A DNA stretch of 64,000 nt from an uncultured virus (IMG/VR IMGVR_UViG_3300042891_000356) (taxonomy: Duplodnaviria; Heunggongvirae; Uroviricota; Caudoviricetes): the IMG/VR virus record IMGVR_UViG_3300042891_000356; one strand, given 5' to 3'. The position numbers were made by a program, and so were the translations under genes. The stretch's first letter is position 1; every line of letters starts with the position of its first letter. Below, piece by piece: positions 8,392-16,635 of this stretch. The notes beneath the pieces were generated by a model, which saw only the letters and a list, made by a program, of their open reading frames with translations, did not search any database and had not been told where the DNA came from.

Positions 8392-9276
8392 TTAATTAAA
8401 TTCTATTTCTCTCTGCCATTGATTTGTAAAACTTGTACCTAATTTATTTTTAGTACAGGTATTAACGCAAATATTATTGGGATTAAGCGATAACCACGAC
8501 TGCTGTATATTAGTAAAATCGTTGATAGTATGTGAAGTAGTTCCAAGCCAACAACACGGATGCATGATACCTTTAGCTGATATATATAAACTTTGATCTT
8601 TAAGTGCAGCACACTCTATAGTACCACTAGTCACAGTAGGATTTGCCCACCCGGACGGAGATTGTAGGAATGATATTGGGGTACTGTTAAATCTTTTGCT
8701 GACCTTGGCGCGAAACCATTTAAATCCAAGCTCTCTTGCTAATTGCTGTGCTTGGTCAACCTGATGTTCGTTGTGTTTAAACACTAACATCTCCCAATGA
8801 GCAAGCCCACCTGCTTGTATAAATGCCTGTGCATTTGCTATTATTTTATTCCATTCTGTATTGATTCGATAGATATGATTAGTGTCAGCTAACCCATCGA
8901 TACTCCACACTACATATTCTTGCGGAGCAGTACTAGGTTGATGCATAACTGTGGCTAATTCTCTCCACCAGTTAGTAGATCTTAGCCCACCATTTGTATT
9001 CATTCCTAATATTATTTTAGGATTTACACTTCTAAAATATTTAAAAATTTCTAATGTGTGTTTGCCAGCTGCTGGATCACCGTAGTCGCCGCACATAAAC
9101 ATTTTATCAAGATTGCGAATAACATCTTCGCTAACTAATTTTTTAATTTGATCTACAGTAAGATGATGCAAAACATTCTTATTGAACGTTGTATCTGTTT
9201 CTCTCGCACACTGTGGACAGGCCGCATTGCATGCGTCGGTTGGTTCGATATGCAATACTTTAATATTAGATAACAT
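8392..9276 (-). CDS. Radical SAM protein with C-terminal SPASM/twitch-like cysteines
   Basis: CNAACPQC (CxxxCxxC), MCGDYGDP, NTNG, SIDG and C-terminal C..PCC..CxxxC. The start is placed at the ATG overlapping the gp46 end; the track start is 9306. Confidence 0.88.
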   Translation of the reverse strand: MLSNIKVLHIEPTDACNAACPQCARETDTTFNKNVLHHLTVDQIKKLVSEDVIRNLDKMFMCGDYGDPAAGKHTLEIFKYFRSVNPKIILGMNTNGGLRSTNWWRELATVMHQPSTAPQEYVVWSIDGLADTNHIYRINTEWNKIIANAQAFIQAGGLAHWEMLVFKHNEHQVDQAQQLARELGFKWFRAKVSKRFNSTPISFLQSPSGWANPTVTSGTIECAALKDQSLYISAKGIMHPCCWLGTTSHTINDFTNIQQSWLSLNPNNICVNTCTKNKLGTSFTNQWQREIEFN

Positions 9277-11035
9277 CAACATCTGTGCTATATGATGTAA
9301 ACCCATTCTCTTTGGTTACAGTCATAATATTGTTAACTCGACCTGCAAGTTCATCTTTATGCGAAACAAGCCAAATACTTTTCTCATGCTCACGTGACAT
9401 CTTTTTAAGTATGCTCAATGAACTTTCAACTCCACTACTATCCATACCACTATCAATAAGTTCATCAATGAACAATAAGTTAATAGGATTGTATAAACTT
9501 TCCCAAACATCACGGAATGCCCAAGATAAACTTAATATCAAGCGATTACGTTCACCACGTGACAAGTTATCAAAGTCTAACTCACGTCCTAACTCTGTAA
9601 TCTCAACGCTTAAATCATTTAAGAACGTTACTGTGTGTGGCAATCCAATACGATCCAAGTATTGACTTAGACGTGCGTTTAAATGCAACAAGTTTTGATC
9701 AATGATACGTTTACGGATAAAGCTATCTTTGTTGGTTAATAGTTTTAACAAGAAGTCTTGATGTTCTTTTAACTTAACTAGCTCGTTCATAGTAGTATAA
9801 TCAGTTTCTACTAAGGCAGTCTGTGTCATTTCTTCAATTTGTTCAGCATATGGATCAACTTCTGTAGCCTTAGCGGCTAACTGTGTTTCTAAACTGGTAA
9901 TAGAACCCTTGTGATGAAACGCATCTGCTTCTTTATCGTAATATACTCGAGGTTGAGCACCTAGTGGGCCAATTTCTGCCTTAGCACCAGTAAGTGCAAG
10001 CAACTGTGATTCATCTGACAAATATTGATTCGTAGCAGTTTCAAGTGATGCACGTTTAGCCGCTAACACTTCTTCATGCTTGCTATCATGAAAATGCTGT
10101 CCGCAAGCATAACAAGTATGTGCTTCAAGATCAGAAATTTCTTTAGTAACTTTGTCTATGGTTTTTTGTTCACGGGCAATATCTGCTTCACTACGTAATA
10201 TAGCTTTGGATAAATCATCTAGGTCTTTGCGCTGTTGATTGTAAGCAGTAAGCGCAGTATGTGCCGCTAGCTCTTGTTCGATATCAATTTTACGTAGTTC
10301 TGTAAGGGCATTTTGTAGTTTTACTGTGTCATCTGCATGCTTAGTAGTCCACATAGTTTGCCGACGTTTTAAGCTGTCGATTTGCTCTTGAATACGGCCA
10401 TTTGCGTCGTTTATTGCTTTAATATTGAACTCTTCTTGCTGTATTGCATCCTTGGTAGCACGACCCAACTCTTTGAGTTTTTCTGCCTTTTCACTTAATA
10501 CAGTGATGCCAAGTAACTGTTCGATTATTTCACGTTGGTCATTAGCTTTAAGACTAAGGAACGGTTCGGTATAGGTATTAAGCGCAACAATGTGCTTAAA
10601 CATATTATGCGACATACTTAACAAGCGTTCAATTTCAGCCTGCGTTTCTCTACTGTCGCCTTGACTCTCGTCTGTAATTTCTTTTTCTTCGTCGCCTACA
10701 TAAAACTTCATTATGTTAGGCTTACGTCCACGTTCAATCTTATAATCTTGTCCGTTATGTTCAAACTCAACAGTAACCAACATGTTCTTACCATTGGTTT
10801 TATTAATTAAGTTATCACGTTTAATATTAGTTAATGCTTGTCCAAACAGACTGTAGCTTAAGGCATTGATGATAGTTGTTTTACCAGTGCCGTTACGTGC
10901 GCCACTGTCATCACCACCTAAGTCAACGTTGACTCCTAATACTAACGTGAGATCGTTACGGTCAAACTCAACCGCTTGCGTAGCATTACCTACGCTCATA
11001 AAGTTTTTAACTGTGAGATTTTTTATTTTAAACAT
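9266..11035 (-). CDS. gp46: Recombination endonuclease ATPase subunit (gp46 / SbcC / Rad50-like)
   Basis: Walker A NGTGKTT, coiled coil with CYAC zinc hook, signature LSRGE, Walker B LLFIDELID and H-loop VSHK. Confidence 0.96.
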   Translation of the reverse strand: MFKIKNLTVKNFMSVGNATQAVEFDRNDLTLVLGVNVDLGGDDSGARNGTGKTTIINALSYSLFGQALTNIKRDNLINKTNGKNMLVTVEFEHNGQDYKIERGRKPNIMKFYVGDEEKEITDESQGDSRETQAEIERLLSMSHNMFKHIVALNTYTEPFLSLKANDQREIIEQLLGITVLSEKAEKLKELGRATKDAIQQEEFNIKAINDANGRIQEQIDSLKRRQTMWTTKHADDTVKLQNALTELRKIDIEQELAAHTALTAYNQQRKDLDDLSKAILRSEADIAREQKTIDKVTKEISDLEAHTCYACGQHFHDSKHEEVLAAKRASLETATNQYLSDESQLLALTGAKAEIGPLGAQPRVYYDKEADAFHHKGSITSLETQLAAKATEVDPYAEQIEEMTQTALVETDYTTMNELVKLKEHQDFLLKLLTNKDSFIRKRIIDQNLLHLNARLSQYLDRIGLPHTVTFLNDLSVEITELGRELDFDNLSRGERNRLILSLSWAFRDVWESLYNPINLLFIDELIDSGMDSSGVESSLSILKKMSREHEKSIWLVSHKDELAGRVNNIMTVTKENGFTSYSTDVDVI

Positions 11036-11040
11036 ACTTT

Positions 11041-11068
11041 ATTATAGCAACTATCCTTGATAATTCAA
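11041..11068 (-). promoter_or_regulatory. Sigma70-type promoter for gp46
   Basis: TTGAAT-16 nt-TATAAT with an extended -10 (TGcTATAAT), ending 5 nt before the ATG, which suggests a near-leaderless mRNA. Confidence 0.55.
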
Positions 11069-11613
11069 ATCTGATTGGTTATATTTTCTAAATCTAACTT
11101 TTGAAAAGTAGTTAGATGATGTCGATTATAATCAATAACGTGAGACATTGTGTTTCTTATTGCTTGTAATTCTGATATAGATTTATGTGAAAACTCGTTT
11201 AATATGTTAACTGCTGCCTCAATTCTATCAGCAACTGTGTTTTTAGTATCGTATCCTTCGTCCCACCATTCACTAAAGGTTTTAAAACCAAATTCTTGTA
11301 GCTTTAACAAACTATTCTGAGCATTGATCATTATAAAAGGACTTCCTGTAGACATAGCTTTCCATGTCTTTTCACTAAAATACGGATACGGATAATCACC
11401 AACAGTTTCAGTAATAACATATACAAATGAATAATTTAAAAATTCTGCATTAAATCGAGTTGCTGGATCATTAGTGTCTCCGGTTATAATAGGATCTACA
11501 AATGACTTCCCTATAAACTGGCCTGAATGAATGGCCATTACATTTCGTTGATCTGCAGATAGATCAAGGTAATTATTAAATCTAGTAAAAGGTACAGTGG
11601 TTCTTAGATTCAT
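11065..11613 (-). CDS. Hypothetical protein, C-terminal half of a glycosyltransferase-like phage protein
   Basis: YVITETV...YFSEKTWKAM...PFI...LQEFGFKTFSEWWDEGYD resembles GT10-like C-terminal motifs. The assignment is tentative. Confidence 0.5.
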   Translation of the reverse strand: MNLRTTVPFTRFNNYLDLSADQRNVMAIHSGQFIGKSFVDPIITGDTNDPATRFNAEFLNYSFVYVITETVGDYPYPYFSEKTWKAMSTGSPFIMINAQNSLLKLQEFGFKTFSEWWDEGYDTKNTVADRIEAAVNILNEFSHKSISELQAIRNTMSHVIDYNRHHLTTFQKLDLENITNQI

Positions 11614-12149
11614 GTAAAGTGATATGAAATTGTGCCAGCGTCGAGTAAATTATATTTTTGAAAATAGCATAAAGTAAGCAATCTATGTGCTCGATTGACT
11701 CCGTTAAGACAACAAAATAAATTTTTTATATTTGTTACTTGGAGATTAGCGGGTACAACTGCAGAATCTGGATAGTCGTACCATTGTGAGGTATATACAA
11801 CCTTCAACGGATTGCTATTACATATTTGTTCCATTAAGTGCGCTAGTTCGTCTTTTATACCATAATGATTAGTAAACATAATTAGACATTCTGCTGGTAG
11901 TTGATATCGATTTAATAATACACATAAATTATATAGAGTAAATCCTGTTGCAGATGCAGTAATGTAATAATCAGTATCGTGATGGAGAATTAATATCCGT
12001 TGGTTTTTTAAAAAAACATGATTATTATATTTTGATAATAGTTGATCTAATTTATCTAGTTGATAATCGTAACTAACTAGATCAATGATATCTAAAATCT
12101 CGTAACGATCATTGACAATATCTAACACTTCATTTTTAATTGATAACAT
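11610..12149 (-). CDS. Hypothetical protein, possible N-terminal half of the adjacent GT-like protein
   Basis: 179 aa ending in FCCLNGVNRAHR, with an ATGA overlap to the next ORF. Confidence 0.55.
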   Translation of the reverse strand: MLSIKNEVLDIVNDRYEILDIIDLVSYDYQLDKLDQLLSKYNNHVFLKNQRILILHHDTDYYITASATGFTLYNLCVLLNRYQLPAECLIMFTNHYGIKDELAHLMEQICNSNPLKVVYTSQWYDYPDSAVVPANLQVTNIKNLFCCLNGVNRAHRLLTLCYFQKYNLLDAGTISYHFT

Positions 12150-13005
12150 TTAATTTGATCCACGATGCTTTGGATGTTACTGTATTAACATGATCTAATT
12201 TACTACTAATATCGCTAATACTTGGACACATTTGGCAAATACTTTCTGGTGTATTAAATCCTTTAATAAAGTTATCTAATTCAATATCAGAGCAGTTGAG
12301 ATCGATTCCTTTATAATCTAAATATGGATCCCATTCAGATTGAGTTTGATGCCAATCTGCTAATGTTTTAGCTAATAATGCAATAGAACTGCACTTGTAA
12401 ATTTTACCGTTATACAGCAACGGGCATGTTTTCTGACAACATATTGCAAATGCATCTTCTGGTTTAGAATTGTGCGGCAGCATATTAGAATAATTACCTT
12501 TAAACGTTTTATAAAACGTCTTAGGGAAATTAATTTGAAAGCGCACATTATTTTTAGCACGCCATCGCTGTATACCAAATTCTGTTACCGGCTCCCAATC
12601 TGCATAACTGAACACTTTATTAAGTGCTTCTTGAATATAAAATTGATCAGGTTGATGTACAGTTATTTTAAAAACACAGTTACCTACATCAAATATAGTA
12701 TCTAATATACTAGTTTTTTGAGACAAAATAGTCCCGTTTGTAGTAAATCTTAATTGACTAGCTGGCATTAGTTCTCTACATCCAACTAACCATTGTTCTG
12801 CTTCTTTGTTTAACAACGGTTCTCCGCCAATCAATCCAAAATCGGGTATATTTACACGTTTAAGCCAAGACGAAATCCATTCTTTAGCACTATCCCACTG
12901 TACTGATCCACTAACATTATAATCACTATAATTAGTGCAACCTTCACAGCTTAGATTACAAGATTGTGTAATCATAGTTTCTAAGAACGGTAATTCTCGT
13001 TTCAT
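12136..13005 (-). CDS. Radical SAM protein
   Basis: CNLSCEGC, IGGEPLL, TTNG and C-terminal CC..C..C..CQMC. Confidence 0.9.
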   Translation of the reverse strand: MKRELPFLETMITQSCNLSCEGCTNYSDYNVSGSVQWDSAKEWISSWLKRVNIPDFGLIGGEPLLNKEAEQWLVGCRELMPASQLRFTTNGTILSQKTSILDTIFDVGNCVFKITVHQPDQFYIQEALNKVFSYADWEPVTEFGIQRWRAKNNVRFQINFPKTFYKTFKGNYSNMLPHNSKPEDAFAICCQKTCPLLYNGKIYKCSSIALLAKTLADWHQTQSEWDPYLDYKGIDLNCSDIELDNFIKGFNTPESICQMCPSISDISSKLDHVNTVTSKASWIKLNVIN

Positions 13006-14018
13006 AGATTCCTGTAGATGTCTAATAACAATGCCGGATTGTAATGATCACTGTTAATAGCTGTTAGTTGACTTGTTACGATGGTATCGATACTTTCAAA
13101 TTGAATATTGCCCAACATAATATCTGTGCCAATATCAGTATGCTTAACAGGAATTAAAGTAAGCTCGCGTAAATTGTAAGTGCCTACAAACGTTTCTTTA
13201 ATAAACGTTGCTTCTTCGTATGAAATATCTACATCGATGTTTACACGACAGTGCATGCCTTTTTGCAGTAATGCTTCTGGGCTTTGTAGTATGCCACTTA
13301 AGGTGTAGACACGATACTTAGGCTGATCTGGCCAAGCATGAAACGTTGGCTCATTGCCCCATTCTAATATCATCATGCCACGTTCATCGTCACCTGCATC
13401 TGCATAGTTGTGCGGAAACGCATTGCCTACATAGGTAATGTTCTTACCTGTTTGACGTTTATGGAAGTGTCCACTGTATACATGATCAATATGCCCAAAG
13501 TCCTCGCGTCTAATCTCACCGTGCTCTGGCATCTGTACCATGGCATTCATATAGTAGCCCGGCAACTCAAAGTGCCCAAACATATACTTGGCATTGATCT
13601 TAGGAATCTTTTTATGATCGTCGCCTACTAACCAGGGCACAATACTAACATCGCCCTCTTGATAGAAGTCGTTGATAATTTCAATGTTAGGAATATGTCT
13701 AGCCCATTCAGCTGACTGTATATCACGCTTGTCACGATAATATAAATCATGATTGCCCGGAATGAATATAACACGCTCAAAGGCTCGGCCCAACAACTCT
13801 AAGGCTGTTAGGCTGTAGTTTAACGTAATGATATTAATTGCCGCGCGGTTATTGTGCCAATCACCTAACATAAAGCAAACATCGCAACCTTCTTCTTTAG
13901 CTTTGCTAATAAACCACTTAACAAAGTTTAAACAATCATCGTTGTGTGTTTGACTATTTGACTTTAAGCCAAAATGTATGTCAGTCAGAATTGCTGCTTT
14001 TTTAAATAAATTTGCCAT
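13002..14018 (-). CDS. gp47: Recombination endonuclease nuclease subunit (gp47 / SbcD / Mre11-like)
   Basis: Metallophosphoesterase motifs TDIHFG, LGDW, GNHD, GHFE and SGHFH. Confidence 0.96.
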   Translation of the reverse strand: MANLFKKAAILTDIHFGLKSNSQTHNDDCLNFVKWFISKAKEEGCDVCFMLGDWHNNRAAINIITLNYSLTALELLGRAFERVIFIPGNHDLYYRDKRDIQSAEWARHIPNIEIINDFYQEGDVSIVPWLVGDDHKKIPKINAKYMFGHFELPGYYMNAMVQMPEHGEIRREDFGHIDHVYSGHFHKRQTGKNITYVGNAFPHNYADAGDDERGMMILEWGNEPTFHAWPDQPKYRVYTLSGILQSPEALLQKGMHCRVNIDVDISYEEATFIKETFVGTYNLRELTLIPVKHTDIGTDIMLGNIQFESIDTIVTSQLTAINSDHYNPALLLDIYRNL

Positions 14019-14024
14019 GTAATT

Positions 14025-14054
14025 AGTATATACTACTTAACCTTATGAAGTCTA
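14025..14054 (-). promoter_or_regulatory. Sigma70-type promoter for gp47
   Basis: TAGACT-18 nt-TATACT ending 6 nt upstream of the ATG. Confidence 0.45.
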
Positions 14055-14070
14055 TTGGAATGTAACCAAA

Positions 14071-14967
14071 TTACTCGTCTGCACCATGTCCACCACCACC
14101 GCCCCATGAACCGCCACCTTGATTTTGACGAGTATAGCTTGGTGCGTAGTTGTTCATCTCTAAGATATCATCACGGATGTTTTGATTACGCTTTTCAATG
14201 TTTAGAACACGTGTAAAGCTGTTAGTAATTGCCGCAGTATAGTAGGCAAATGGATTATCTGATTTAGCTTCGTCAAACTGTAGACCAATTTGACTTAACT
14301 GTAGTAATGCCTGACTGCGCATTTCATCATTATAGGTATAACCACGCCAGTTACTGCGAGTAGCATAGCGTTCACATAGCTTAACAAACATATGAGCTAA
14401 TTTAGCAGTCATCTGTCCGTGATCCTTGCTAAACGCACCAGTTTCTAAATCGCCTTTCCAATGACTCTTGCCTACAATAACCGGAGTTAATTCTTCAGTC
14501 ACTGAATAATGAAAGAATGGAGGAAAATTTACCTTAACATACTTAGTAGCACCTTTGACCTTAACTGCTGGTTCATCGTATTCAGTTTCAAACAAATCTT
14601 CATCGTATGCTTCTTGAGCCTTAGCATCAGACTTTTTCTGTTTAACTTCGTCAATAGGTATATGTTCCCAAGTCATGACACGGAATACAAGGTCAGTAAC
14701 TGGAATATTTTCTACAGGAATTGCAAACTCATCTAATTTACGTTTGTTACCTAAAGCTAGCTCGGCTTCTTGTGCTTCTTTAGCTAATCTAGTTGCACGT
14801 GTTGCCCTTGCTTCTGCTACGGTTTTTTTGTTTATTGCACTAACATTTGATACAATAGCATCGTATACGGTTACTTCTTTATTAATGAAGCTACAATATG
14901 CTAATTTACTTTTTGCTATTTCTTTTAATATGTCTTTGTTGTTGAGATAATTAATTTTACGAGCCAC
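14071..14967 (-). CDS. gp55: Late-transcription sigma factor (T4 gp55-like)
   Basis: NYLNNK, NWRGYTYNDEM, FDEAKSDNPFAYYT and F..VLNIEK. It lies upstream of gp47 and gp46 as in T4-like phages. GTG start. Confidence 0.9.
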   Translation of the reverse strand: MARKINYLNNKDILKEIAKSKLAYCSFINKEVTVYDAIVSNVSAINKKTVAEARATRATRLAKEAQEAELALGNKRKLDEFAIPVENIPVTDLVFRVMTWEHIPIDEVKQKKSDAKAQEAYDEDLFETEYDEPAVKVKGATKYVKVNFPPFFHYSVTEELTPVIVGKSHWKGDLETGAFSKDHGQMTAKLAHMFVKLCERYATRSNWRGYTYNDEMRSQALLQLSQIGLQFDEAKSDNPFAYYTAAITNSFTRVLNIEKRNQNIRDDILEMNNYAPSYTRQNQGGGSWGGGGGHGADE

Positions 14968-14988
14968 AGTTTTTGGTTCCTTTTAATT

Positions 14989-15018
14989 AGTATAACATAA
15001 TAGCATTGCACTATACAA
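14989..15018 (-). promoter_or_regulatory. Sigma70-type promoter for gp55
   Basis: TTGTAT-18 nt-TATACT with an extended -10 (TGtTATACT). Confidence 0.55.
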
Positions 15019-15091
15019 CCTATTTATGTAGATAATCTTTAACTGCTACTATTTCTCCGGCAATAAATACACTATAAAAGAGGTTTTTACT

Positions 15092-16327
15092 ATGGCTCTA
15101 AATCCTACAGATGCACCAGTATACGACAATAGAGGCGGATACGTACCAGGTCAGGTTGATTCTACCAACGGTGGATACGACCCTTATGCACCACAAAACT
15201 ACACTGGTGCTTATGCTCCTAGTTTTGCCGGTGGATATAATGGCGAACAAGTATTAAGCAGTGGCGGCGGATACAATCCTAGTAACCCAAGTGCATATTT
15301 AACCAGCTCAGATTCAATTGGCGGTCAAGCCGCTATAACAGAAAATTATAATCAAGGTGCTGACTTCCGTGGTGGCTATTACGGAGATCAAGTTGAAGCT
15401 AGTGGCGGCGGCTACGATCCGTCAAAAGATGTTGCTTCATACGAATCAGAGGATGCTAGACGTAGTCTATTGCCAACTAATGCCGCAGAATCTGGTACAA
15501 AAAATGAACCATCAATTGCAATACAAGATGCAAATGCTAACAGCGGCGCACCGTCAGATGATGATTGGCGTGTGCGTATAAGTTTAGCAGATAAAGCAAC
15601 TATATTTTACAAAGCATCGGGAGTAAATCCAAATAATCTTATGGCTCCTTTAAGAGAAACCAATGGAGTCGTATTTCCATATACACCGAGTATACAAGTA
15701 TCACATGTAGCTAATTACAGTCCAACTACTCCAACACATAGTAACTATTCACAACAATTTTATACTAACAGTGAGGTGAGTGATATTACTATTAGTGGCG
15801 AATTTACTGTACAAGGCATAGACGAAGGAAAATACTTATTAGCCGCTATCTACTTTTTTAGATCGGCTACTAAAATGTTTTTTGGTGGTGGAGCAAACGC
15901 AGGCAATCCGCCGCCTATTGTATTCTTAGATGGCTACGGCAGTCATTATTTCCCCCATGTGCCGTGCGTGATAACTAACTTTACACATGTTATGCCAAAC
16001 GAAGTTGATTATATACAGATTCCAGTTGAAACTACTACATTGACTGAATCAATAGTCGCCCCATCCGACTCAATGAGTGTTGTAAATACACTGGATAATC
16101 AAGGAATGAAATATCAGCCACAATGGGGTAGCAAAAAAGCCACTGCTGAAACAAAAATGTCATCATATAAGACAGTAACATCATCAACAAGAGTTCCAGC
16201 ATCGAGCACAATATCGATTACATTGAAACCAATGTACAGTCGCAAAAATCTACATGATAATTTTGATCTTGATGCATTTTCAGCAGGTAGATTAATACAA
16301 ACTGCTACCACCGGAGGATTCCTATAA
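15092..16327 (+). CDS. Baseplate / tail-tube initiator-like protein with N-terminal GGY repeats
   Basis: FPYTPSI, ITISGEFT, GNPPPIVFLDGYG and VPCVITNF suggest a tube-fold (gp48/gp54-like) protein. It is the first gene of the baseplate module, with TAAATA upstream. Confidence 0.65.
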   Translation: MALNPTDAPVYDNRGGYVPGQVDSTNGGYDPYAPQNYTGAYAPSFAGGYNGEQVLSSGGGYNPSNPSAYLTSSDSIGGQAAITENYNQGADFRGGYYGDQVEASGGGYDPSKDVASYESEDARRSLLPTNAAESGTKNEPSIAIQDANANSGAPSDDDWRVRISLADKATIFYKASGVNPNNLMAPLRETNGVVFPYTPSIQVSHVANYSPTTPTHSNYSQQFYTNSEVSDITISGEFTVQGIDEGKYLLAAIYFFRSATKMFFGGGANAGNPPPIVFLDGYGSHYFPHVPCVITNFTHVMPNEVDYIQIPVETTTLTESIVAPSDSMSVVNTLDNQGMKYQPQWGSKKATAETKMSSYKTVTSSTRVPASSTISITLKPMYSRKNLHDNFDLDAFSAGRLIQTATTGGFL

Positions 16328-16632
16328 TGTCAGCAGTTACCTATAGTCAAACAAGTCCATATAGCAAAACAGATGCATACGGATTCTTTTTAGATGTTGC
16401 AACATTTAGAGATATACCGGCATTAGCCGCTGATGTGGTATACAGAATTGCCGCAACATATAAACATCGTCCAGATTTATTGGCATATGACTTATATGGA
16501 GACAGTGCGTTATGGTGGGTGTTTGCCATGCGTAATCCTAACACTATACAAGACCCAGTGTTTGATTTCTTACCAGGCACAACAATATTCATTCCTAAAA
16601 AAGAAACAATCATTGCGGCGCTAGGATTATAG
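16327..16632 (+). CDS. gp53: Baseplate wedge LysM-like subunit (gp53-like)
   Basis: RPDLLAYDLYGDSALWWVF...N motif. Confidence 0.8.
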   Translation: MSAVTYSQTSPYSKTDAYGFFLDVATFRDIPALAADVVYRIAATYKHRPDLLAYDLYGDSALWWVFAMRNPNTIQDPVFDFLPGTTIFIPKKETIIAALGL

Positions 16633-16635
16633 TAA

